Part shown: piece by piece, positions 38,001 through 51,046 of the stretch
Layout of the letters: every line of letters begins with the position of its first letter
Position numbering within the stretch: position 1 is the stretch's first letter
DNA from: Paramecium tetraurelia
Taxonomy: Eukaryota
Direction of reading: 5' to 3'
NCBI GenBank assembly: GCA_000165425.1
Contig: CT868318.1
Location: forward strand, 399,067 to 463,066
Length of the DNA: 64,000 nt
The notes under the pieces: generated by a model
Database searches by the model: none
Told to the model about the DNA's origin: nothing
What the model saw: the letters and a program-made list of their open reading frames with translations, nothing else
Made by a program: the position numbers and the translations under genes

Positions 38001-39751
38001 TCATATGCATTCAGCATCTATCAAATTAAAGTATTTCTCACTTCCTTATTTACTTTCATCTATTATATGTGCATATAAGTTATCCTTTGATAAACTAAAC
38101 TCCTAATCAATTGATACATCATCTAGTAACTAACTAAATTGCTTTCCAAATTGATTTCTAAAATCCACCTATCTAATTCTATTTCCAGTATATTGATATT
38201 TCATCAATTCATCCTCCAAAAATTATTTGATCCTTTTGTATTTTGACTTCAGATATGCGAATGCAATTTCCATAGTATCCTCTATCATTTTATAATTCCT
38301 CCTGACCCTATCCGGTGTAACACTTAAGATCTGAGGATTGTAATTGATTTCCAATAACCAAATATCTAAATCATTATCAAGAAGAAAATCAATGGCCAAA
38401 AACTCACAAAATCTGGAGTCTTAATAGAATGCATATTATCCACTTCTGATAGTGTGAATTATTTTGACATAAATTCTTGGATAAAGGTACTCTTAAAGCC
38501 AATTCTATTTTTTAGGTATTCTGCCCTGCTCTTTCAATAACTCCTCAATCCCCTCTAAATTCCAATCGATAAACATCTCCTCGTCCTCCTCCTAGCTTTC
38601 TCCAGAGTTACTCGAATTCTTGTGAGTTTTCTCTGTAATTGCAGTGTTGCAAATATGGGCAGGTATTGATTCTGATAATGGATTGTATTCATTGGCACAT
38701 CTCTTGATCAGAGCCCTTTTATACATATACAATTGTAAAGGCTTGCTGCTTGCCAAATAAATGTACATTCTGAATTCAATCTTATGTCCCTTATATAAAA
38801 ATGGACGGTTGATATATTTCTGTGCCACAATCTTCTCGGTGATATTACCACACAACTCTCCATTCTCATACACAGTAGTTATGTTTTCTATTTGTGATTA
38901 GAGTAATAATCGTATCCCCTCTCCTCTATGTTCATCAGTCTTAAGCAAGTAATCTGGACCATTATATTATCTAATGTTGCTCTTGTATTCATCTTAGAGC
39001 TTGTTCAGCTATTTAAAAAATGATTAGCATTCCGATTTAACATTCAATCTCAAAGTGTCTGGAACATATGATGCACTTTCTATACAGTATGAACTAGCAT
39101 TGCGTTTTTTCATGTCATAGATATATTTTGCATAATTATATATTAAACTGTTTTTGCTTGTTAAGGTATATAATCCAGGTATATGATTGAATTTCTAAAA
39201 CATACAGCCTAGTCCCTAACCAAAGTGATAATTATCCTATAATCTTGGTTTAAAAGTATAAAAGTATGATAATTGTGGAGGAATTCTATGTTAAAATTTT
39301 GTAGTTGGCTCTTTAGAAAATTAAGAAATATATTACTCTGCAATGGTTAGATGTTTTGGATTGAATCAAACATTCGGCTTTTGATTATTTCCCTTTATAG
39401 ATTTCCTTTGTCCAATTCTCTCATTATATATTTATCCTAAAGAAGTATGTCAGGGTGAATTAATTTCTAAGTTAACTCTAATTCTTACTAATGTATCTGA
39501 TTCTATGCAATAACTAGGTTCCTCAATCATGTTTAGATAGGATTCCTTTCATGCTGATATATAATAAATACATTGTAGGATTATTTGAATTTGCTGTAGT
39601 TAGTGTGATCCATCATGTAGGTTTACATTAATGGTACGTAGTTTGTTTTTAATTTTTTTGTAATCGTCAAATGATAATCGTGGATCTGAGCAACAATTGT
39701 ATAGATGAAACAAAAAATAATACTAGCAAAGGCTATTTTGTAAATTATCAT
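38001..39751 (-). CDS. Tubulin-tyrosine ligase-like (TTLL, ATP-grasp) protein with N-terminal signal/TM segment
   Basis: FNHIPG, HRGEGIRLL, VAQKYINRPFLYKGHKIEFRMY, HICNT, EFLAIDFLLDNDLDIWLLEINYNP. N-terminus MIIYKIAFASIIFCFIYTIVA. Confidence 0.85.
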
Positions 39752-40114
39752 AAAAATAATTATTAATAAAATAATTCAATCACTTTTTTATTTTTGATCC
39801 TATTAAATTACAAATAAGCAAACCTCTAAAATATTCTCTAACTTAGATAGAAATCACATTATTTTTCAAATAATGATTATAATTATAGTATTTTATATTC
39901 AATATAACTCCTATCTTTTGTTTATTTGAGTGATTAGGACGATATTAAAGACTTGTAGATTTAATTAGTAAATTGAATAAATACTAATAGAGTATTATTA
40001 TTTAAATTTAATAAAAGTAGTATTCATTAGCAATAAGAGAGATTAATAATGAATTTTAAAATTCTAACTTCATTTTTATTCTTAATTTATTAAAACTCTA
40101 TTTATTTTTCAAGT

Positions 40115-40698
40115 ATGGGAAATAATCATGAAAAATTCTTTTCAAAAGAAAAGCGTAAATTATTAGTTTTAGGACTCAATGGAGTTGGAAAGTCAAGTAA
40201 AGATATATGTTCCCTGTAGCTCTTATAAAAACACTCAACCAAGGAAATTATCAGGATAAAAAGGAAGATTTATAAATTGTTGACATTAAATTAAAAAACA
40301 TTACCCTTTGTGTTTTTGATATGGGAGGAAGTGAAAGATAGAGAATATTTTGGAGACAAAACTTCTATGGAAGTCAAGGAGTAATTTACGTTATAGATGG
40401 CAACATTGATATCTCAAAGGCATTATTGGAATTAGAAAAAATTATAATTGACTCTGATCTTAAGGATGTAAAAACATCAAATTTATGTTATTAAGACTCC
40501 AATCGCAGTATTTGTAAACCAAAATGGAAAAGACAATCCTTTAGACAGGACAGAAGAATTTTTAAAGTATATTTATTTTATTATCCATTTAAAAGAAATA
40601 AGACAAGAAAAGTATCTGTCTTTAAAGGAAGTACATTAGTATATAAGGACATTATGAATTGCATAGAGTGGCTTGGCAAAGAAATGAAACCTATTTGA
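40115..40698 (+). CDS. Divergent ADP-ribosylation factor-like small GTPase (ARL15-like)
   Basis: MGN start, GLNGVGKS P-loop, DMGGS, FWRQNFYGSQGVIYVID. Three introns. Confidence 0.8.
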
Positions 40699-40714
40699 AT
40701 TATTTATATTATTA

Positions 40715-41804
40715 ATGTTTGAAGATGAAGACAATGAAAATAATGAAAATAATGTTAATGTTGAAGAGTCAAACTATAGGGACAGAGCTGAAGAAAGAAG
40801 GAAGGGGATCACGACCCAAGTTAAGAATGGAGAATTTGTAGAATTAGAAGGATTTGAGAAGGATATTAAATTAAATGGTTTAGATTATACTCTGATATAA
40901 TAACCTTAATCAAACACATCAAATCAAGAGAATAATAAGTCTAGCATCATCGCTAAAATTAAGAAAGACTTAACATCAGCCAAAGAGAAAATCCCTAAAA
41001 AAGCAACTCATCCAATGGCAATCAAAATAGAAGCTTTTCTATAAAATAAGAATTAAATTGTTCCTTTAAAAAACACCATGACTTATATTTATAAATACGA
41101 TATAGATCCTAACTATGGAGTTTCGATGCCTTAATTTTTTACAAAAAAATATAATAAAGATGGGGAAGATCCAATCTAAGTTATTTATGATGAAAAATCT
41201 ATATAAATGATTTAAGAAAGCATTTTCAATACTAATAATCTGTCTATTAAAAGATATCAAGAAAGACATAAATTTGACTAAAAAGTTCTTATTTAAAGTG
41301 TTGATCAAGATGATGAATCTGATGACATCTTTAATGATGCAAGACCAATTAACAAACCCAGTGTTGATGTAAATAAGATGCTGAAAGTAGAAATTGAAAA
41401 TGAAAATTTTGATATTACAGAATACCTATCTAAGAATTAGTTTGATTAAAAAACATATAATTAATTAAAGCAAATATAAGAATAAGACGAAAAGGAAAGA
41501 GAAGGTAAACTCAATATGTATTTGTTAGAAAAGCTACGGAGACACAAAAAAATGTTGGAGGGAGAAGCTGATTATTATTATGAATGCTACTAGCCTGTAG
41601 GATTGAGTATAGCAGAGGAAAAAGATCATTAAGCAGAAGTAGAAGTAAAGAAACAAGTAGATCCAAATTTTAAGAACTATGACTTCATAAAATAGGACCT
41701 AAAGAAAAAGAAGAAGCATAGGCAAAATTATTAAAAACAATTGGATTAAATTGAAGATGTAAATTTGATTAACTATGTAGATTATTTAAAAAAAGAATAA
41801 ATGA
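40715..41804 (+). CDS. RED: RED/IK-like spliceosomal protein
   Basis: YRDRAEERRKG..KLNGLDYTL (RED N-terminal motif), DYYYECY, and a C-terminal K-rich end. Confidence 0.75.
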
Positions 41805-42009
41805 ATTATAATAATATGCTGATAATAATATTATAACCTCTCTATATATTAATTATAATAATATTTTTATTCTTCTGACATATGTTCTATATATCCAATT
41901 TTGCAGGTTTGATTATTTATTATAAAATGAGAAAATTACAGTTCTTTACTTGATTGAATTTATATGTAAAAACAGAAATTGATGATATTTTTTATTTATT
42001 ATTAATTAA

Positions 42010-42300
42010 ATGAGTCTTACCAAGCCGATAAAAGAATATAGATTGATTTAACTATAGAATAGTCTTTATAAAAAGAAATTTGAGTACAAAAATAAAGATA
42101 AATTTCTGAAGATTTTAAGAATTTCAATATCTGACGAGCATATTTTGAAAATAACCAATTTCGAGATTGACAACTTAAATACATTAGAAATACCAGCTGA
42201 ATGTATGAAGCATTGTGTTATTATTAGCATCCATAACGATTCACATTACTTTATAAGCATCTAAGAATTCAAATGTGTATATGAAATTTATTAGGTATGA
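42010..42300 (+). CDS. Short hypothetical ORF (3' end uncertain)
   Basis: 96-codon TGA-free frame MSLTKPIKEYRLIQLQ.. with no recognisable motif. Confidence 0.3.
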
Positions 42301-42466
42301 TACCGACCAAATCGAGGAGGAGTTACTGTTCAAAATAGATTTAAAATAATGATTATTGGCAACCAAATTTTAGTTTATATCTAATAAAGCATTATTGATA
42401 AGTATTTCAAGATATAAAAATAATTTAACGATTGTATAAATAATTAATTAATAAATGAATTTGAAA

Positions 42467-43220
42467 TCAGAATAAACTATCTAAATGAAAGGGTAAGGGT
42501 TGTATATCACAATTTTTGCATTCATCACAACATCTGCACTTCGATGTGCATTTGATTTTCCGTTTTTGGCATTCACAATACCCTTTAGAACAACTAGGAA
42601 TTAAATTTGAGCATATACTCTTGTTTTCTACAATTGCATCCCAAATATTCAGATCCTGATTATTTTGAGATAGCGGATTTTGGCTATTTGTTTGAGCAAT
42701 TGTAGCATTCGCATTTGAATGAGCATTCTTGATTATTGGCACTGCAAACGCAATAGTTTTAGATGCACTTAGACTTTCTACATTTACACACTATGTTTTC
42801 ATCTCTGGAGAGATTAAATAATTCGTCATCGCTAGGTTTCACTAGCTTATTTACTATGACATTATTTTGGTTTAGTTCTATTGAATTTAATAGACCCAAA
42901 GTGTAGGATGAATTTACTATTTAATTCATAATTAATACCTTTATTTTCTTTAGATGTAATACGCTTACTTCTTCCAAGTATTCCATCTTATCTTATTACT
43001 AACTGATCATCATTGAACTCCAGTTTCTTAATGATCTTAATTTTTTTGATTTCTTCCTTCGCTTTCTTAGGTGAACTTTGCTTATTAATTGTAATAGGTG
43101 ATTTGCTCAATTGCTATTTTTATGGAGTTTTAACTATATATAAATTTATATAGAATTACAATCTGTATCATCAAGGTTCATTATAAATTGCTAAAAATAC
43201 TTATAACACAATACTTCCAT
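42467..43220 (-). CDS. CRC (tesmin/TSO1-like CXC) domain protein
   Basis: C-terminal CSNLIPSCSKGYCECQKRKIKCTSKCRCCDECKNC. Start codon uncertain. Confidence 0.7.
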
Positions 43221-43988
43221 TTATCCGCCAAAATCAACAATACGAATTTACAATATTAAAAATAATATATATTATAAATAATTTCATGTTTATTTAATAA
43301 CTACCCTCCTGATAACCCTACCTTCTACCCAAATTGCCCATCCAATAATAATCCCATTCAAATAATTTTCTTTGTCAATTTAAAACAAGTAGAAACTCAT
43401 CAACATCTTGCACTTTAGATCAAACAATAATTCATTCCTTAAAACTTATACAAACTTAATTTTAAGTCCAGTATCTCTTTTGTTATATCTATCTTATATC
43501 AAGTCTAAAGACTGGATAATTAATTTTAAAATAATAGTGAAGTTCCAAAGTGTATCCAACCATAATCTTATAGAAGCATTCTTCAGAAGGTTAATTAATT
43601 TAAGACAATCAAGAGTTAAGAAAGAGTATTACTGAGAAGGATTAAGAAATGAGGGAGAAATGATCACTACTCTTGAATAATTAATAGATTACTTGTCAAA
43701 ATAATCTTAAGAAATTCAACGATTGAGATTAGAAACATAATCAAATCTTTATTCTTTGTTTTTCATAAATTCAACACAACTTCTAATCAAATAAGTGAAC
43801 AAATAAAATTTTTATTAGAAGATTATAAATTATTTAGATAATTATCACTTCATCAATTCTTAATATTTCTTTTGTTAATCAAGTTTATTGTTGAAAATAA
43901 TAATGAGATAATTAACAAAATAGTAGAAAGATTTACAACTGTATTTTTAAATTAATAACATCTATTGATGATAATTATTCAAAATAAA

Positions 43989-45608
43989 TCATAATTTTTT
44001 TTGTTTTAAAAATTTTTATCCTTTATAGATATCTTATTTCTTATTTTTTCTTTTTGGGTTTTCTTCCTCTGATGATTCCATCGCATTTTCAGCTAAGGGC
44101 TCTAAAATTTTATTTTTTCCATTATTTTCAGATTATGGTTTGATTAACCCTTTTTTATTAACCTTATTTTTGTAGTTTTATTATTCATCAACTTTTATAG
44201 TGCATTTAGTTTTTCCAGTGTAATTCGAACAAAATTCAATATTGCAACTCGATAATTGTGAGCCTATCAAAAAATTCAAACATTGAAATCTATACTTCTA
44301 TTTGATATTTGAATTATTAATATTTTAATGTTCTTTCAAGCATATTAAACATAGACAATTTTAGTCTTCTTCATAAAAATATATAAATAATTCTCTCTTA
44401 CATTTAGTACAAAATAAATTCTCTCTTTTTTCTTAGAATACAGGTGCATTTTTTTGATTTAATGATTATAAATTTTGATTTTCTTCAAATATAAATTATT
44501 GTAGTTCTGATCTAAGGTAGTTGAGTAATGTTTGATCCAAAGAATTTTCATGTATCACTACATCAAGTATTAAATTTCTGTATGGAACTCTGCTGATAAA
44601 ATTTAATTCTGTTAAGATTTTCTCTTAATCAATTATAGTTTTCAAGGAGTTTTCATCCAAAGTTGCCTAATTCCAAGAGCAACTCATACACAAACCTTCG
44701 CATTTTTGCCAACTAAAGGTGCCTGGACTAAGAACAACTAAATCTCCTTCATTTTGAACAAAATATCTAAATGGTATGTTATTAAGTAAAAAGTAGTCTG
44801 CATCTTTGAACCAAACCTTATCTTCATTAAAAATATCTATTTTCTCAATCTAAATTATCTTCTACCTTAGTTCTGCTACATTCTCTTTATCAATAGTAAT
44901 CCATAAACAGGAATTTGGACCAAGATTTAAATTAACTTAAGTAAAACACATTTAGTCCTTTGATGGACTTCTCCAATTACAACGATATCTAATCTCAAAC
45001 TAAGGAATATTAATGCTTGGAATTTCGTTTCTCATATAACTCAATACATCATTTTTGCCCTAAGGTCTGATGGATTTCGGCAAGAAATTCTTAATATGTT
45101 TGATTTCCTTTGCCTTTTTATGAAGATTAAAAGTTGTAAAGTAAGGAGTTCTATTTTAAGATTATTCTTCTTAGATCTTTTCTATTAACTGAGAGACTTG
45201 CATTTCCTGAATGATTTTTCTACTCCCTTCCATATTGGTTTCAACCTCTACTTTTGTGAAACCATGACTTTATTTAATTTATGGAAGAGAGAAATTCAAA
45301 GTCAGGATTTCTGTCATTTCAGAAGGAACACTGATTATGTAGACTTAAGAAGTGCGCCAAGCTAGTGAATCCAAATTCCAAATATCTAAAACTTCAGTAA
45401 CAGAACAATAATGTGGTTTCTATATTAATAGAGCATTGACAATTTAGTTATATTCATACGAGATTATTTTTGTTTTGTACATGTCTACCCAGTTATCTTC
45501 AATCAAATATTATGGTAACTCTTTTTAACAATAGACCTTTTTTATAATATTTTAATACTTTGATAAATCCTCCATCTTATTTGACCTTTTCAAAAATTAT
45601 TTGACCAT
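43989..45608 (-). CDS. KDM6/UTX-like JmjC protein with C-terminal Zn domain, predicted catalytically inactive
   Basis: IPQFEIRYRCNWRSPSKDQMCFTQVNLNLGPNSCLW..FVQNEGDLVVLSPGTFSWQKCEGLCMSCSWN..FCTKCKRELF..CLIC. Confidence 0.8.
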
Positions 45609-46043
45609 TTTTGTAAAGCATCTATTTTTCAAAGAGTGTCAACTACAAATTGTCTAGCACGTATTTTATCATCCAAATGAATTTTTAATGTATTTATCAT
45701 TTTAAAAATATTCCAAACAAAAATTATAATTCATAACTTTCCTTTTAATTTTTATCAATCTCAAAAACCATATCATTTTCAATTAAAATACACACGTATC
45801 CAATAAATGACTGCTACTACTATTCCCAAAATCAACTTCTAAGTAAGATAGGATAACATCTAATGAACTTTTAAATTACTTATTCTCATCATTTTTACAA
45901 TAAAAACAATAGTAAATTTGAACAAGGGAGTAATCAACAGGTCAAAGTTTAATTATTTATAATTTGTTGAGCTTAGAAATTTTAAAGTCGAAAAGAATTG
46001 AATTAAAATTAGGGAATAAGAAATTAAAATATAATTATTAAAA

Positions 46044-47269
46044 ATGAAGTATTTCTTATAGAAAATGCTTCTTTATTATCCTAATCAGAATATTTTGGGA
46101 AGTCAAAACAAAAGCATACATGTACCTGAGGCTGGCTTAATCCATTATACTACTCCATTTCCAGTTTATCAATTTTTCATGAAGGTTGGAATTCTAATGT
46201 TGGATTCAATGTTTGATGCTGTGATAATTTCACCTATTAGAATAATACTATCGATTTTAACAAATAACATGATTTCGATCGAATTCAGATTGGATTTAAT
46301 TTAAACTGCAATGATTTGGTTGATAACATGGCTTTTTACATTCAACTATTTTGAAGTTGGATTTTGGTATCACATAATAAGGAGTTAATCTTAAATTAAG
46401 TTATATGGAATTATCTAGATTTTGGATTTGCTTGATAGATTGGCTTGTACTTAAGGGGATTACATTATAAGATAGTTGTATTGGTAAAATGTGTACAAGA
46501 ATTAATCTGTTTTCAATAGATACTTGCCCTATTCATTTATTTATATCTTTGCACATGCGTGTTTGTTGGGTTTACAGTTGACAGTTTATAATGTAATATT
46601 TAGTTAGAAAGTATAACTCTTATATCTAGCCTTATTCGTTTTGAGTTTAATTAAGTTAAAGGGGTCAGTTTTCAAAAAATAGGATGAGAAGTCATGTATA
46701 ACAACAGCAATAAATGATGGAAGAGAGTACTTTCAAAAAGCACTCTATATTATATTGATTTCTATGAGTGTTAAATTTACTCCAGTAGACTTTTATTACA
46801 AGATCGGGTTTTACTTTTTCATAGAATTGTTAGTCGATTCCTTTAAATACATTTCGATATTTCATTTAAATAGTGTACCAATAAATGTGCTAAACGAATA
46901 AACAAAGAGTTTGTCTAATTTTATGTATGCTGTTTCGATATAATAAGATTAAATAAAGGAGTTGTCATTAATTGATCAGAAAGACTTATGCATAGTTTTA
47001 TAAAATGTATATCCATCTGATTTATTTAGGTCCCGCTTGCTTAAGCCAAAATTATAGGGAAATTCAACATTGTAATTTTCCCTTAGGTGATAATAATTCT
47101 GAAAATGTTAGCTTACAATTACCAAAAGCATAAGTCATCTTTGGATAAAGAGGATTATATTTATATTGGATTCATCATATTTATTATGTTATCCTTCACT
47201 AAAATGATCATATTTTTCTACCATAGAAACAGCTAACTCTACTTGCATATAAATAAATTAAAAGATTGA
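46044..47269 (+). CDS. TAPT1: TAPT1/Emp65 (DUF747) ER membrane protein
   Basis: WYHIIRSQSQIKLYGIIQILDLLDRL, IKLKGSVFKK, IELLVDSFKY; multiple TM segments. Confidence 0.8.
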
Positions 47270-47305
47270 AAAATTAGATTTATAGATATATATTAATATG
47301 TGAAT

Positions 47306-48529
47306 TCAATATTTTCTATTTCTGTCCTTATTGGTATTAATTTTAGGTGCAAGTAGTCCAGTCATTTATTTGTTTTGATTATTGTTCTTACTATAGGAGG
47401 AATTACGTTTTTTCTCTTGGGATGGCTATTAAGTTATTTTTTATTAATATTGCATGAGTAGAGGAGCTCTGATGGTTTGAAAATTACTTTGCTTAGTGGT
47501 TGTGGGTATGTCTGCTGTTTTTTGGGGAATAGCCACTCCTATGAACTTCTCCTCCTTTATAATTTCATCTTTAATCCATTCGAATTTATAATCCCATTCA
47601 AAACCTTATTTTCTAAAGGCTTCCTAAAATAGTCAGTAAAATAAATACTTTGAATAGATTTCTAATATAGTGATAATCAGGTTTGTCTTCGAATTTCAAA
47701 TTTCTGCAATATTACAAATATTGAGTCAGTTCATAAGGAAAGCCTTTGCACAATTATTCAGGTGTGGTTTCTTGTTTTTTTTCCATAATTTTTTAATACT
47801 TCTCCTTTTAATTGGAGGCTTTCATATTTTACCATGGCAATTGTCCTCTCAATAAATACATGAGGACGTAGCCAAGTGATTCTAGATCATCCCTTCTAGA
47901 TTATTCTAAACCCACATGTGTATTAATGGATGCATATCTGGCAGTTCCAGTTAAACTTTTCCCTTCCTTAAAAGGGATGTGTCCTTCTTTGGATATATAT
48001 CTTTTGGCCAAACCAAAATCGACAATATAAAGTCTAGAACTTTTACTGCCCACTCCAACTAAGAAATTATCTGGTTTGATATCGCGATGTATAAATTATT
48101 TTGAATGCATGTACTCAATTCGTTAAACTAACTAATCTGCCAACATGAGAACTGATTTAAGTGATAGTTTCCTCTGATTTTTATTAAATAATTCTTCAAG
48201 GGAGGGTCCTAAGAGATCCATGACGATGTAATTGTAATCGCCATCCACTCCTTAATCATGAATTTTTGGAATGCCTTCCTTTGAATTATACAATAAACTT
48301 ACCTTTATCGTACTAATCCTGTCCTTAAAGGTAATTGTATAATTTGGCTTCGAAGAATATTTAAGGATGTTTGTTATCACTTCTTTTCCAGTTTCATGGC
48401 ATATTCAGATTTAGATAATGATTAGACCAAATATATTTCTCCAAAAGCTCCCGATCCAATTTTCTTGATTAATTTAAATTAACGTGCAATAGTATAATTA
48501 GTAAGGTCTTTTCCTAAAATAGAATCCAT
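47306..48529 (-). CDS. CSNK1: Casein kinase I, with an apparent +1 frameshift at 48384-48387
   Basis: [70 protein letters not shown]. Confidence 0.93.
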
Positions 48530-48541
48530 ATAAAATTAATA

Positions 48542-50171
48542 ATGATCTAAAGTTTAGGGATGCAGACCAAATTTCACAAATAGATGGAGAAAATGAAAGG
48601 ATTTCTGGTCTCAGCCCACAACATATCTCCCATAAATGATGATGAGCCTATCAGGAAAACTTAGACTCCTTTGATTGGTCAACAAGTTCAATCAATATCT
48701 TTCAGTGATGATGAGATGGATGTTGAAGACTTTAAGCAAATAGGAGTTAAATCCACGAATTTCGATGACGAGTTTACATTAGGTAAGAAACTAGGAGAAG
48801 GCACAAATGGTGTCGTTAGAATTTGTTGGAAAAAAGACAATCCTTAATAGTAATTTGCAGTCAAAATAATACAAACACCTGATGAAGAATAATTGGATAT
48901 TGTAAGACAAGCCTTCGTCAACTCTACCATCATCAAAAGCCCTTACATTGCAAAATGCTATAAATTGTATATTGACATCAATGTAATATACATGCTAATG
49001 GAGTATGTTCCATTTCCAAATTTACAAACCATATTGCAACAGAGAACATAATTAAAAGAGCAAGAGGTTTAAAGAATTGCCTGTTCTCTATTGAAAAGTG
49101 CTAGGTGTTTGCACAGCTGTGGCATTTGTCATAGAGATATTAAACCAGACAATGTGCTTGTAAATCCGAAGTACAATAGTTGTTATTTATAGCGATTACA
49201 CAGTCAAATTAATAGACTTCGGAGTTTCTAGAAGATTTGTCACATTCAATAATAGTACATTTAGGTATATGAGGAATCAAATGTTAACTGTTACTGGCAA
49301 CCTACATTATCGAGCACCAGAAATCATGGGTAGCCATATTTATGGTTATAATCAATAAGTTGATATATGGGCCATTGGAGTTATCATGTATTAATCGTTA
49401 ACATCAGTCTTACCATTCACATCAGATAATACTGCTGATATTGTTGCTTTATTATCCAATAGGTATTCTATTTGTATATACTCCAAAGTTAATCAATCAA
49501 TGAAGCATTTCAAAAACCTTAGTTTCTATCCTTGTCATCAAGTTGCAGAGACTTAATTAAAAGATTAATGATGTGGAATCCTTTAAAAAGATTAACAGCC
49601 TCTGAAGCACTCAAACATATATGGATTCCCAATATGCAAACTCCTCAAAAACCACTTTGCAAAAAAAGTTACTAAAGATGATATGGACACGAGTAAAATT
49701 AGTTAAAATAGTGATCTTCTTAATAAATCTTTAATTAATAGTGCAACCATTCTAAATTTTGAGTTACAAAATACTCTTATCAAAAGTAAGCATATTGACT
49801 CAGTCTTGGAAACGTAGGATATCACTAAATCTTAAAAAAGTCTTGGGTTCTCTATCAAAATAAAAAGAGAAAAAGAAATTCAGGATTTTAAGGCTAAATT
49901 AAAGTAATTTAAATTAGAAACTTCAACCAAGATTTACAAGAGGAATAATTCAAATCAGAATAATGCGATCTAATTGGTTGGCGCCTTGGTCGACGATAAA
50001 ATGAACAACTCAATTAAATTAGATGATGAAGATGATATCTTTGGTATCAAAGTATGTGGAAGTCATCACTCGCTCACGCAAATTGATGAACCTATATAAA
50101 ATGAACAATAAGCACAACATAACAAGTTGGATCCTTAATTACTTGAGAAGCTCTTAGAATTTAATTTGTGA
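48542..50171 (+). CDS. Ser/Thr protein kinase (CAMK-like); C-terminal tail continues after an apparent +1 frameshift near 49661-49667
   Basis: [46 protein letters not shown]. As written the frame stops at 49679-49681. Confidence 0.88.
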
Positions 50172-50186
50172 TTTAATATATAAATA

Positions 50187-50939
50187 ATGAACTCTTCTAA
50201 AACTTCAAGAACTGTCAAAGCAATGCATTTATTCCATTTAGAGTAAAAAAATTCAAACTTACATCATTATAACCTTCCTACTTTGAGAGAGACAGCCATA
50301 CCTACCATCTTGAAACCATTTAGATTGTCGCCAACCAAATAATCATTTCCAACATCTCGACAAAATTAAGATACTGGCTATCGAAAATTGTCTATTGAAA
50401 AGAAAGTACTATAACTAAGAAAAGAAATTTTAAATGCCAAAAATATAAAGTAGAAATAATTGTTTCAAAGCAATAAATTATAAATCAAGAACAGTTTCTC
50501 TTCTGTTGAGAAATTACTAGATAAATAACCTAAACCTATACAACTATTTGAAAGAAAGTCTAACTCTAAAATCAAACTCTTTGAAATTCCTATCACAATT
50601 CAAGAAAGGTAACTTTAATAATCAACTTTGTCAACTTAAATTACTAAAATTCCAATATTAAAATTATAAGAAAAATAAACTTCAACAATGGAGGATGGTA
50701 TAAACGATATATAAATGCTACCACAGTATTAATCATCTATAAAGTTACCCAGTGAACCTGATTCTCCATAAATAATAAAAAAATTGCAATCTTATTAATT
50801 TACTTAAAGGAGTGTCAGTTAGGGAAATGTTGAAAAACCAAAAAAAATAGAATGGACACCGTGGCCATAAAATTTTGAAGGTTGGCATGCACCTTAAGCT
50901 GATGAAGATTTACTACTTTAATATTAATAATATTTCTGA
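50187..50939 (+). CDS. Low-complexity basic hypothetical protein
   Basis: Intronless TGA-free frame MNSSKTSRTVKAMHLF..EWTPWPQNFEGWHAPQADEDLLLQYQQYF*. Confidence 0.6.
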
Positions 50940-51046
50940 TATGAATTTAATTTTGCTAATAATTATTTATGATGTAGCACCTGCCCTACTATTCAACAGA
51001 AGTTAAAGTTAATTTTGTTATTTTGATGAAGACATCATATTTTTAT

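Noticed and set aside
43290..43985. Coding-like stretch between the CRC and JmjC genes
   Set aside because: No intact frame or recognisable motif on either strand. Possibly a decayed gene but not supportable.
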